DNA of 64,000 bases, taken from contig OZ024740.1 in NCBI GenBank assembly GCA_964016885.1, positions 436,666,001-436,730,000 on the forward strand, in the 5' to 3' direction. This document shows, piece by piece, positions 15,001 to 27,530 of the stretch. How positions within the stretch are numbered: position 1 is the first letter of the stretch; every line of letters starts with the position of its first letter. A program made the translations under genes and the position numbers. The DNA comes from Eledone cirrhosa. Lineage: Eukaryota. The notes beneath the pieces are model-generated. The model ran no database searches and was not told the origin of the DNA. It saw nothing but the letters and a program-made list of their open reading frames with translations.

Positions 15001-18000
15001 CTGGTTATACAGTGTTGTCTGGTTATAGAGTGTTGACTGGTTATAGAGTGTTGTCTGGTTATAGAGTGTTGTCTGGTTATAGAGTGTTGTCTGGTTAGAG
15101 AGTGTTGACTGGTTAGAGAGTGTTGACTGGTTAGAGAGTGTTGACTGGCTAGAGAGTGTTGACTGGTTATAGAGTGTTGACTGGTTATAGAGTGTTGACT
15201 GGTTTGAGAGTGTTGACTAGTTAGAGAGTGTTGTCTGGTTAGAGAGTGTTGACTAGTTATAGAGTGTTGACTGGTTATAGAGTGTTGTCTGGTTATAGAC
15301 TGTTGACTGGTTAGAGAGTGTTGTCTGGTTAGAGAGTGTTGACTGGTTAGAGAGTGTTGACTGGTTAAAGAGAGTTGACTGGTTATAGAGTGTTGACTGG
15401 TTATCGAGTGTTGTCTGGTTAGAGAGTGTTGACTGCTTATAGAGTGTTGTCTGGTTAGAGAGTGTTGACTGGTTAGAGAGTGTTGACTGGTTATAGAGTG
15501 TTGTCTGGTTATAGAGTGTTGACTGGTTATAGAGTGTTGTCTGGTTATAGAGTGTTGTCTGGTTATAGAGTGTTGACTGGTTAGAGAGTGTTGTCTGATT
15601 ATAGAGTGTTGTCTGTTTAGAGAGTGTTGTCTGGTTAGAGAGTGTTGTCTGGTTATAGAGTGTTGACTGGTTATAGAGTGTTGACTGGTTATAGAGTGTT
15701 GTCTGGTTATAGAGAGTTGACTGGTTATAGAGTGTTGACTGGTTATAGAGTGTTGACTGGTTAGAGAGTGTTGTCTGGTTATAGAGTGTTGACTGGTTAA
15801 AGAGTGTTGTCTGGTTAGAGAGTGTTGACTGGTTATAGAGTGTTTTCTGGTTAGAGAGTGTTGACTGGTTAGAGAGTGTTGCCGGGTTATAGAGTGTTGA
15901 CTGGTTATAGAGTGTTGTCTGGTTAGAGAGTTTTGACTGGTTAGAGAGTGTTGACTGGTTATAGAATGTTGACTGGTTAGAGAGTGTTGTCTCGTTAGAG
16001 AGTGTTGTCTGGTTAGAGAGTGTTGTCTGGTTATAGAGTGTTGTCTGGTTAGAGAGTGTTGTCTGGTTAGAGAGTGTTGACTGGTTAGAGAGTGTTGACT
16101 GGTTATAGAGTGTTGTCTGGTTAGAGAGTGTTGTCTGGTTATAGAGTGATGCCTGCTTATAGAGTGTTGACTGGTTATAGAGTGTTGACTGGTTATAGAG
16201 TGTTGTCTGGTTAGAGAGTTTTGACTGGTTAGAGAGTGTTGACTGGTTATAGAGTGTTAACTGGTTAGAGAGTGTTGTCTGGTTATAGAGTGATGCCTGC
16301 TTATAGAGTGTTGACTGGTTATAGAGTGTTGACTGGTTATAGTGTGTTGACTGGTTATAGAGTGTTGTCTGGTTATAGACTGTTGACTGGTTAGAGCGTG
16401 TTGTCTGGTTAGAGAGTGTTGACTGGTTAGAGAGTGTTGACTGGTTAAAGAGAGTTGACTGGTTATAGAGTGTTGACTGGTTATAGAGTGTTGACTGGTT
16501 ATAGAGAGTTGTCTGGTTAGAGAGTGTTGACTGGTTAGAGAGTGTTGACTGGTTATAGAGTGTTGTCTGGTTAGAGAGTGTTGACTGGTTAGAGAGTGTT
16601 GACTGGTTATAGAGTGTTGACTGGTTATAGAGTGTTGACTGGTTATAGAGTGTTGACTGGTTATAGAGTGTTGTCTAGTTATAGAGTGTTGACTGGTTAT
16701 AGAGTGTTGTCTGGTTACAGAGTGTTTTCTGGTTAGAGAGTGTTGTCTGGTTAGAGAGTGTTGACTGGTTATAGAGTGTTGTCTGGTTATAGAGTGTTGA
16801 CTGGTTATAGAGTGTTGACTGGTTATAGAGTGTTGATTGGTTATAGAGTGTTGTCTGGTTAGAGGGTGTTGACTGGTTATAGAGTGTTGACTGGTTAGAG
16901 AGTGTTGTCTGGTTATAGAGTGTTGTCTGGTTATAGAGTGTTGTCTGGTTATAGCGTGTTGACTGGTTATAGAGTGTTGTCTGGTTATAGAGTGTTGTCT
17001 GGTTATAGAGTGTTGTCTGGTTATAGTGTGTTGACTGGTTATAGGATGTTGTATGGTTATAGGGTGTTGTCTGGTTATAGAGTGTTGTCTGGTTATAGAG
17101 TGTTGTCTGGTTATAGAGTGTTGACTGGTTAGAGAGTGTTGTCTGGTTAGTGAGTGTTGTCTGGTTAGAGAGTGTTGACTGGTTAGAGAGTGTTGACTGG
17201 TTATAGAGTGTTGACTGGTTATAGAGTGTTGACTGGTTATAGAGTGTTGACTGGTTATACAGTGTTGTCTGGTTATAGAGTGTTGACTGGTTATAGAGTG
17301 TTGTCTGGTTATAGAGTGTTGTCTGGTTATAGAGTGTTGTCTGGTTAGAGAGTGTTGACTGGTTAGAGAGTGTTGACTGGTTAGAGAGTGTTGACTGGCT
17401 AGAGAGTGTTGACTGGTTATAGAGTGTTGACTGGTTATAGAGTGTTGACTGGTTTGAGAGTGTTGACTAGTTAGAGAGTGTTGTCTGGTTAGAGAGTGTT
17501 GACTAGTTATAGAGTGTTGACTGGTTATAGAGTGTTGTCTGGTTATAGACTGTTGACTGGTTAGAGAGTGTTGTCTGGTTAGAGAGTGTTGACTGGTTAG
17601 AGAGTGTTGACTGGTTAAAGAGAGTTGACTGGTTATAGAGTGTTGACTGGTTATCGAGTGTTGTCTGGTTAGAGAGTGTTGACTGCTTATAGAGTGTTGT
17701 CTGGTTAGAGAGTGTTGACTGGTTAGAGAGTGTTGACTGGTTATAGAGTGTTGTCTGGTTATAGAGTGTTGACTGGTTATAGAGTGTTGTCTGGTTATAG
17801 AGTGTTGTCTGGTTATAGAGTGTTGACTGGTTAGAGAGTGTTGTCTGATTATAGAGTGTTGTCTGTTTAGAGAGTGTTGTCTGGTTAGAGAGTGTTGTCT
17901 GGTTATAGAGTGTTGACTGGTTATAGAGTGTTGACTGGTTATAGAGTGTTGTCTGGTTATAGAGAGTTGACTGGTTATAGAGTGTTGACTGGTTATAGAG

Positions 18001-21000
18001 TGTTGACTGGTTAGAGAGTGTTGTCTGGTTATAGAGTGTTGACTGGTTAAAGAGTGTTGTCTGGTTAGAGAGTGTTGACTGGTTATAGAGTGTTTTCTGG
18101 TTAGAGAGTGTTGACTGGTTAGAGAGTGTTGCCGGGTTATAGAGTGTTGACTGGTTATAGAGTGTTGTCTGGTTAGAGAGTTTTGACTGGTTAGAGAGTG
18201 TTGACTGGTTATAGAATGTTGACTGGTTAGAGAGTGTTGTCTCGTTAGAGAGTGTTGTCTGGTTAGAGAGTGTTGTCTGGTTATAGAGTGTTGTCTGGTT
18301 AGAGAGTGTTGTCTGGTTAGAGAGTGTTGACTGGTTAGAGAGTGTTGACTGGTTATAGAGTGTTGTCTGGTTAGAGAGTGTTGTCTGGTTATAGAGTGAT
18401 GCCTGCTTATAGAGTGTTGACTGGTTATAGAGTGTTGACTGGTTATAGAGTGTTGTCTGGTTAGAGAGTTTTGACTGGTTAGAGAGTGTTGACTGGTTAT
18501 AGAGTGTTAACTGGTTAGAGAGTGTTGTCTGGTTATAGAGTGATGCCTGCTTATAGAGTGTTGACTGGTTATAGAGTGTTGTCTGGTTAGAGAGTGTTGA
18601 CTAGTTAGAGAGTGTTGACTGGTTATAGAGTGTTGTCTGGTTAGAGAGTGTTGACTGGTTAGAGAGTGTTGACTGGTTATAGAGTGTTGACTGGTTATAG
18701 AGTGTTGACTGGTTATAGAGTGTTGACTGGTTATACAGTGTTGTCTGGTTATAGAGTGTTGACTGGTTATAGAGTGTTGTCTGGTTATAGAGTGTTGTCT
18801 GGTTATAGAGTGTTGTCTGGTTAGAGAGTGTTGACTGGTTAGAGAGTGTTGACTGGTTAGAGAGTGTTGACTGGCTAGAGAGTGTTGACTGGTTATAGAG
18901 TGTTGACTGGTTATAGAGTGTTGACTGGTTATAGAGTGTTGTCTGGTTATAGAGTGTTGACTGGTTAGAGAGTGTTGTCTGGTTAGAGAGTGTTGACTGG
19001 TTAGAGAGTGTTGACTGGTTATAGAGTGTTGACTGGTTATAGAGAGTTGTCTGGTTAGAGAGTGTTGACTGGTTAGAGAGTGTTGACTGGTTATAGAGTG
19101 TTGTCTGGTTAGAGAGTGTTGACTGGTTAGAGAGTGTTGACTGGTTATAGAGTGCTGACTGGTTATAGAGTGTTGACTGGTTATAGAGTGTTGACTGGTT
19201 ATAGAGTGTTGTCTAGTTATAGAGTGTTGACTGGTTATAGAGTGTTGACTGGTTAGAGAGTGTTGACTGGCTAGAGAGTGTTGACTGGTTATAGAGTGTT
19301 GACTGGTTATAGAGTGTTGACTGGTTACAGAGTGTTTTCTGGTTAGAGAGTGTTGTCTGGTTAGAGAGTGTTGACTGGTTATAGAGTGTTGTCTGGTTAT
19401 AGAGTGTTGACTGGTTATAGAGTGTTGACTGGTTATAGAGTGTTGTCTGGTTAGAGAGTGTTGACTGGTTAGAGAGTGTTGCCGGGTTATAGAGTGTTGA
19501 CTGGTTATAGAGTGTTGACTGGTTAGAGAGTTTTGACTGGTTAGAGAGTGTTGACTGGTTATAGAATGTTGACTGGTTAGAGAGTGTTGTCTCGTTATAG
19601 AGTGTTGACTGGTTAGAGAGTGTTGTCTGGTTAGAGAGTGTTGACTGGTTAGAGAGTGTTGACTGGTTATAGAGTGTTGACTGGTTATAGAGAGTTGTCT
19701 GGTTAGAGAGTGTTGACTGGTTATAGAGTGTTGTCTAGTTATAGAGTGTTGACTGGTTATAGAGTGTTGTCTGGTTACAGAGTGTTTTCTGGTTAGAGAG
19801 TGTTGTCTGGTTAGAGAGTGTTGACTGGTTATAGAGTGTTGTCTGGTTATAGAGTGTTGACTGGTTATAGAGTGTTGACTGGTTATAGAGTGTTGATTGG
19901 TTATAGAGTGTTGTCTGGTTAGAGGGTGTTGACTGGTTATAGAGTGTTGACTGGTTAGAGAGTGTTGTCTGGTTATAGAGTGTTGTCTGGTTATAGAGTG
20001 TTGTCTGGTTAGAGAGTGTTGACTGGTTATAGAGTGTTGACTGGTTATAGAGTGTTGTCTGGTTAGAGAGTTTTGACTGGTTAGAGAGTGTTGACTGCTT
20101 ATAGAGTGTTAACTGGTTAGAGAGTGTTGTCTGGTTATAGAGTGATGCCTGCTTATAGAGTGTTGACTGGTTATAGAGTGTTGTCTGGTTAGAGAGTGTT
20201 GACTGGTTAGAGAGTGTTGACTGGTTATAGAGTGTTGTCTGGTTAGAGAGTGTTGACTGGTTAGAGAGTGTTGACTGGTTATAGAGTGTTGACTGGTTAT
20301 AGAGTGTTGACTGGTTATAGAGTGTTGACTGGTTATACAGTGTTGTCTGGTTATAGAGTGTTGACTGGTTATAGAGTGTTGTCTGGTTATAGAGTGTTGT
20401 CTGGTTATAGAGTGTTGTCTGGTTAGAGAGTGTTGACTGGTTAGAGAGTGTTGACTGGTTAGAGAGTGTTGACTGGCTAGAGAGTGTTGACTGGTTATAG
20501 AGTGTTGACTGGTTATAGAGTGTTGACTGGTTATAGAGTGTTGTCTGGTTATAGACTGTTGACTGGTTAGAGAGTGTTGTCTGGTTAGAGAGTGTTGACT
20601 GGTTAGAGAGTGTTGACTGGTTAAAGAGAGTTGACTGGTTATAGAGTGTTGACTGGTTATAGAGTGTTGACTGGTTATAGAGAGTTGTCTGGTTAGAGAG
20701 TGTTGACTGGTTAGAGAGTGTTGACTGGTTATAGAGTGTTGTCTGGTTAGAGAGTGTTGACTGGTTAGAGAGTGTTGACTGGTTATAGAGTGTTGACTGG
20801 TTATAGAGTGTTGACTGGTTATAGAGTGTTGACTGGTTATAGAGTGTTGTCTAGTTATAGAGTGTTGACTGGTTATAGAGTGTTGTCTGGTTACAGAGTG
20901 TTTTCTGGTTAGAGAGTGTTGTCTGGTTAGAGAGTGTTGACTGGTTATAGAGTGTTGTCTGGTTATAGAGTGTTGACTGGTTATAGAGTGTTGACTGGTT

Positions 21001-24000
21001 ATAGAGTGTTGATTGGTTATAGAGTGTTGTCTGGTTAGAGGGTGTTGACTGGTTATAGAGTGTTGACTGGTTAGAGAGTGTTGTCTGGTTATAGAGTGTT
21101 GTCTGGTTATAGAGTGTTGTCTGGTTATAGCGTGTTGACTGGTTATAGAGTGTTGTCTGGTTATAGAGTGTTGTCTGGTTATAGAGTGTTGTCTGGTTAT
21201 AGTGTGTTGACTGGTTATAGGATGTTGTATGGTTATAGGGTGTTGTCTGGTTATAGAGTGTTGTCTGGTTATAGAGTGTTGTCTGGTTATAGAGTGTTGA
21301 CTGGTTAGAGAGTGTTGTCTGGTTAGTGAGTGTTGTCTGGTTAGAGAGTGTTGACTGGTTAGAGAGTGTTGACTGGTTATAGAGTGTTGACTGGTTATAG
21401 AGTGTTGACTGGTTATAGAGTGTTGACTGGTTATACAGTGTTGTCTGGTTATAGAGTGTTGACTGGTTATAGAGTGTTGTCTGGTTATAGAGTGTTGTCT
21501 GGTTATAGAGTGTTGTCTGGTTAGAGAGTGTTGACTGGTTAGAGAGTGTTGACTGGTTAGAGAGTGTTGACTGGCTAGAGAGTGTTGACTGGTTATAGAG
21601 TGTTGACTGGTTATAGAGTGTTGACTGGTTTGAGAGTGTTGACTAGTTAGAGAGTGTTGTCTGGTTAGAGAGTGTTGACTAGTTATAGAGTGTTGACTGG
21701 TTATAGAGTGTTGTCTGGTTATAGACTGTTGACTGGTTAGAGAGTGTTGTCTGGTTAGAGAGTGTTGACTGGTTAGAGAGTGTTGACTGGTTAAAGAGAG
21801 TTGACTGGTTATAGAGTGTTGACTGGTTATCGAGTGTTGTCTGGTTAGAGAGTGTTGACTGCTTATAGAGTGTTGTCTGGTTAGAGAGTGTTGACTGGTT
21901 AGAGAGTGTTGACTGGTTATAGAGTGTTGTCTGGTTATAGAGTGTTGACTGGTTATAGAGTGTTGTCTGGTTATAGAGTGTTGTCTGGTTATAGAGTGTT
22001 GACTGGTTAGAGAGTGTTGTCTGATTATAGAGTGTTGTCTGTTTAGAGAGTGTTGTCTGGTTAGAGAGTGTTGTCTGGTTATAGAGTGTTGACTGGTTAT
22101 AGAGTGTTGACTGGTTATAGAGTGTTGTCTGGTTATAGAGAGTTGACTGGTTATAGAGTGTTGACTGGTTATAGAGTGTTGACTGGTTAGAGAGTGTTGT
22201 CTGGTTATAGAGTGTTGACTGGTTAAAGAGTGTTGTCTGGTTAGAGAGTGTTGACTGGTTATAGAGTGTTTTCTGGTTAGAGAGTGTTGACTGGTTAGAG
22301 AGTGTTGCCGGGTTATAGAGTGTTGACTGGTTATAGAGTGTTGTCTGGTTAGAGAGTTTTGACTGGTTAGAGAGTGTTGACTGGTTATAGAATGTTGACT
22401 GGTTAGAGAGTGTTGTCTCGTTAGAGAGTGTTGTCTGGTTAGAGAGTGTTGTCTGGTTATAGAGTGTTGTCTGGTTAGAGAGTGTTGTCTGGTTAGAGAG
22501 TGTTGACTGGTTAGAGAGTGTTGACTGGTTATAGAGTGTTGTCTGGTTAGAGAGTGTTGTCTGGTTATAGAGTGATGCCTGCTTATAGAGTGTTGACTGG
22601 TTATAGAGTGTTGACTGGTTATAGAGTGTTGTCTGGTTAGAGAGTTTTGACTGGTTAGAGAGTGTTGACTGGTTATAGAGTGTTAACTGGTTAGAGAGTG
22701 TTGTCTGGTTATAGAGTGATGCCTGCTTATAGAGTGTTGACTGGTTATAGAGTGTTGTCTGGTTAGAGAGTGTTGACTAGTTAGAGAGTGTTGACTGGTT
22801 ATAGAGTGTTGTCTGGTTAGAGAGTGTTGACTGGTTAGAGAGTGTTGACTGGTTATAGAGTGTTGACTGGTTATAGAGTGTTGACTGGTTATAGAGTGTT
22901 GACTGGTTATACAGTGTTGTCTGGTTATAGAGTGTTGACTGGTTATAGAGTGTTGTCTGGTTATAGAGTGTTGTCTGGTTATAGAGTGTTGTCTGGTTAG
23001 AGAGTGTTGACTGGTTAGAGAGTGTTGACTGGTTAGAGAGTGTTGACTGGCTAGAGAGTGTTGACTGGTTATAGAGTGTTGACTGGTTATAGAGTGTTGA
23101 CTGGTTATAGAGTGTTGTCTGGTTATAGAGTGTTGACTGGTTAGAGAGTGTTGTCTGGTTAGAGAGTGTTGACTGGTTAGAGAGTGTTGACTGGTTATAG
23201 AGTGTTGACTGGTTATAGAGAGTTGTCTGGTTAGAGAGTGTTGACTGGTTAGAGAGTGTTGACTGGTTATAGAGTGTTGTCTGGTTAGAGAGTGTTGACT
23301 GGTTAGAGAGTGTTGACTGGTTATAGAGTGCTGACTGGTTATAGAGTGTTGACTGGTTATAGAGTGTTGACTGGTTATAGAGTGTTGTCTAGTTATAGAG
23401 TGTTGACTGGTTATAGAGTGTTGACTGGTTATAGAGTGTTGTCTGGTTACAGAGTGTTTTCTGGTTAGAGAGTGTTGTCTGGTTAGAGAGTGTTGACTGG
23501 TTATAGAGTGTTGTCTGGTTATAGAGTGTTGACTGGTTATAGAGTGTTGACTGGTTATAGAGTGTTGTCTGGTTAGAGAGTGTTGACTGGTTAGAGAGTG
23601 TTGCCGGGTTATAGAGTGTTGACTGGTTATAGAGTGTTGACTGGTTATAGAGTGTTGACTGGTTATACAGTGTTGTCTGGTTATAGAGTGTTGACTGGTT
23701 ATAGAGTGTTGTCTGGTTATAGAGTGTTGTCTGGTTATAGAGTGTTGTCTGGTTAGAGAGTGTTGACTGGTTAGAGAGTGTTGACTGGTTAGAGAGTGTT
23801 GACTGGCTAGAGAGTGTTGACTGGTTATAGAGTGTTGACTGGTTATAGAGTGTTGACTGGTTATAGAGTGTTGTCTGGTTATAGAGTGTTGACTGGTTAG
23901 AGAGTGTTGTCTGGTTAGAGAGTGTTGACTGGTTAGAGAGTGTTGACTGGTTATAGAGTGTTGACTGGTTATAGAGAGTTGTCTGGTTAGAGAGTGTTGA

Positions 24001-25983
24001 CTGGTTAGAGAGTGTTGACTGGTTATAGAGTGTTGTCTGGTTAGAGAGTGTTGACTGGTTAGAGAGTGTTGACTGGTTATAGAGTGCTGACTGGTTATAG
24101 AGTGTTGACTGGTTATAGAGTGTTGACTGGTTATAGAGTGTTGTCTAGTTATAGAGTGTTGACTGGTTATAGAGTGTTGACTGGTTATAGAGTGTTGTCT
24201 GGTTACAGAGTGTTTTCTGGTTAGAGAGTGTTGTCTGGTTAGAGAGTGTTGACTGGTTATAGAGTGTTGTCTGGTTATAGAGTGTTGACTGGTTATAGAG
24301 TGTTGACTGGTTATAGAGTGTTGTCTGGTTAGAGAGTGTTGACTGGTTAGAGAGTGTTGCCGGGTTATAGAGTGTTGACTGGTTATAGAGTGTTGACTGG
24401 TTAGAGAGTTTTGACTGGTTAGAGAGTGTTGACTGGTTATAGAATGTTGACTGGTTAGAGAGTGTTGTCTCGTTAGAGAGTGTTGTCTGGTTAGAGAGTG
24501 TTGTCTGGTTATAGAGTGTTGTCTGGTTAGAGAGTGTTGTCTGGTTAGAGAGTGTTGACTGGTTAGAGAGTGTTGACTGGTTATAGAGTGTTGTCTGGTT
24601 AGAGAGTGTTGTCTGGTTATAGAGTGATGCCTGCTTATAGAGTGTTGACTGGTTATAGAGTGTTGACTGGTTATAGAGTGTTGTCTGGTTAGAGAGTTTT
24701 GACTGGTTAGAGAGTGTTGACTGGTTATAGAGTGTTAACTGGTTAGAGAGTGTTGTCTGGTTATAGAGTGATGCCTGCTTATAGAGTGTTGACTGGTTAT
24801 AGAGTGTTGACTGGTTATAGAGTGTTGACTGGTTATAGAGTGTTGATTGGTTATAGAGTGTTGTCTGGTTAGAGGGTGTTGACTGGTTATAGAGTGTTGA
24901 CTGGTTATAGAGTGTTGATTGGTTATAGAGTGTTGTCTGGTTAGAGGGTGTTGACTGGTTATAGAGTGTTGACTGGTTAGAGAGTGTTGTCTGGTTATAG
25001 AGTGTTGTCTGGTTATAGAGTGTTGTCTGGTTATAGAGTGTTGACTGGTTATAGAGTGTTATCTGGTTATAGAGTGTTGTCTGGTTATAGAGTGTTGTCT
25101 GGTTATAGTGTGTTGACTGGTTATAGGATGTTGTCTGGTTATAGGGTGTTGTCTGGTTATAGAGTGTTGTCTGGTTATAGAGTGTTGTCTGGTTATAGAG
25201 TGTTGACTGGTTAGAGAGTGTTGTCTGGTTAGTGAGTGTTGTCTGGTTAGAGAGTGTTGACTGGTTATAGAGTGTTGTCTGGTTAGAGAGTGTTGTCTGG
25301 TTATAGAGTGTTGTCTGGTTAGAGAGTGTTGTCTGGTTATAGAGTGTTGTCTGGTTATAGAGTGTTGACTGGTTATAGAGTGTTGTCTGCTTATAGAGTG
25401 TTGACTGGTTATAGAGTTTTGTCTGGTTATAGAGTGTTGACTGGTTAGAGAGTGTTGACTGGTTATAGAGTGTTGTCTGGTTATAGAGTGTTGTCTGGTT
25501 AGAGAGTGTTGTCTGGTTAGAGAGTGTTGTCTGGTTAGAGAGTGTTGACTGGTTATAGAGTGTATAGAGTGTTGTCTGGTTATAGAGTGTTGACTGGTTA
25601 GAGCGTGTTGACTGGTTAGAGAGTGTTGTCTGGTTATAGAGTGTTGACTGGTTATAGAGTGTTGACTGGTTATAGAGTGTTGTCTGGTTATAGAGTGTTG
25701 TCTGGTTATAGAGTGTTGACTGGTTATAGAGTGTTGTCTGGTTATAAAGTGTTGTCTGCTTATAGGATGTTGTCTGGTTATAGAGTGTTGTCTGGTTATA
25801 GTGTGCTGTCTGGTTATATGATGTTGTCTGGCTATAGTGTGTTGTCTGGTTATAGAGTGTTGTCAGGTTATAGAGAGTTGTCTTGCTATAAAGTATTGTC
25901 TGGTTATAGAGTGTTGTCTGGTTATATAATGTTGTCTGGTTATAGAGTGTTGTCTGGTTATAGAGTGTATAACACTGTATAAC
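1..25983 (+). repeat. 18-bp tandem satellite, consensus TGTTG(A/T)CTGGTTA(T/G)AGAG, ~1,440 monomers, runs off the 5' edge of the window
   Basis: Direct reading: the 18-nt period is continuous from position 1. The register is unchanged at 25,561 (=1+1420x18), where a 9-nt deletion occurs. The last ~250 bp are more diverged. Confidence 0.99.
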
Positions 25984-26183
25984 TTGACTTGGTGGTCATA
26001 GTAACACAGTCTAACTACAGATATTCGATTATTGAATTATTTTTAATTGTATACTTAATTAAAACCTTTATTGCTTCAATTAATTCAATTAATCTACTCG
26101 GCAAATACCCTAAACCGAATGCCAGCCTGTACCCATGACTCCTGCCAAACAAAACATACTCACCCTCAAAATTAGGCTTAGGC

Positions 26184-26559
26184 AACAGGACCACAACTGT
26201 CACCAAATGAGGGAGACAGACATTATCAAGCTACAGCTGTCATATTATGTAGTTTCTACAACAGACCACAACAATCACCTAATGGGGAAGACATACGTCA
26301 CAAAGCTACAGCTGTCATATTATGTAGTTTCTATAACAGGGCCACAACAGTCAACTAATGTGGAAGACATACGTCACCAAACTACAGCTGTCATATTATG
26401 TAGTTTCTATAACAGGACCACCACAGCCACCAAATGGGTGAGACAGACATTATCAGGCTACAGCTGTCATATTACATAGTTTCTATAACAGAACCACAAT
26501 AGTCACCTAATGCGGAAGACATACGTCACCAAGCTACAGCTGTCATATGTAGTTTCTAT
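26184..26559 (+). repeat. ~76-bp minisatellite, 5 copies, two subtypes
   Basis: CTACAGCTGTCATAT recurs at 26231, 26306, 26382, 26458 and 26534 (spacing 75, 76, 76, 76). The intervening segments are homologous to each other. Confidence 0.95.
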
Positions 26560-27400
26560 CTAATATTTTGTCGTGAATATCGAGTTAATAAATTTCCTGA
26601 GACCTTAATTATATAAGCTCTTCAATTAAACTGAAATTCCTGCCAGCCCTCCTCAGACCTTTATAACTACACAGAGGGGCCCAGCTTGCTACCACCATCA
26701 CACACCATTTTCGTTTTCGTTTTCGTTAGACAATATAAGATAAAAATATAAGGTTGTATTATTTAGTCTTACTTTACTCCCTTTTTCACTGTTTCACTTC
26801 TAACTTGCTTTGTACTGACTTTCCTAAATCAATTTAAGTCACATTCATCACCCTGTTCCATGTAAACTATACTAAATATATAGCTTTGACAACATTGTAT
26901 TATTGTGATGATAACTAGTCATATAAGGGTATAACTGCTTATCCTAAGTGAGTTACCACAACACACTAAAACAAACGTCTTATTTATACTCCAAATTACG
27001 TAATCTTTGTAATATAACTTTGCTATACGATTCCTAAAATGCGTCAAATGATGTTGAAACCAGTTATATTTCAAATATTGAGACCCTCCCTATGGCATAT
27101 AAATACAAACTCAACACCATTAAAAATATATTTATTTATCTATTTATTTTACTATTTCTTCTCTTAACATTCAAAGTAATGATTCGTGTGTTTTCAGAAA
27201 ACTGCCTTTATCATTGGGGATTCACAATTTTTCGCTATTCTATTTTAATTTATTCCTGTATTCTCACATATTTGTAATTTTCACAGCCCAGATTGTGCAT
27301 TGAGAATACTACCATATTTTTTATGCCCGTTTATAACAACAACTAAAATGTTGTCATCAAACACAAATCTGTTCAGCCTATACTTCTATTTATTCAGTAC

Positions 27401-27530
27401 TGTTGTTGTTGTTATTGTTGCTGTTGTTGTAGTTATTGTTGCTGTTGCTGTAGTTATTGTTAGTGTTGCTGTTGTTATTGTTGTTAGTGTTGCTGTTGTT
27501 GTTGTTATTGTTGTTAGTGTTGTTGTTTTT
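27401..27530 (+). repeat. Imperfect (GTT)n microsatellite
   Basis: Run of GTT with ATT/GCT/AGT variants. It explains the poly-Val and poly-Asn ORFs. Confidence 0.95.

Noticed and set aside
342-25982. ORFs of repeated (L-S/T-G-Y-R-V)n
   Set aside because: Translations of the 18-bp satellite. They open only where TAT-type monomers run without the TAG-type, and they start at GTG, not ATG.
26184-26559. CRISPR-like look of the 76-bp repeat (hairpin repeat plus variable segment)
   Set aside because: The would-be spacers are homologous and recur, there are no cas genes, and the context is eukaryotic.
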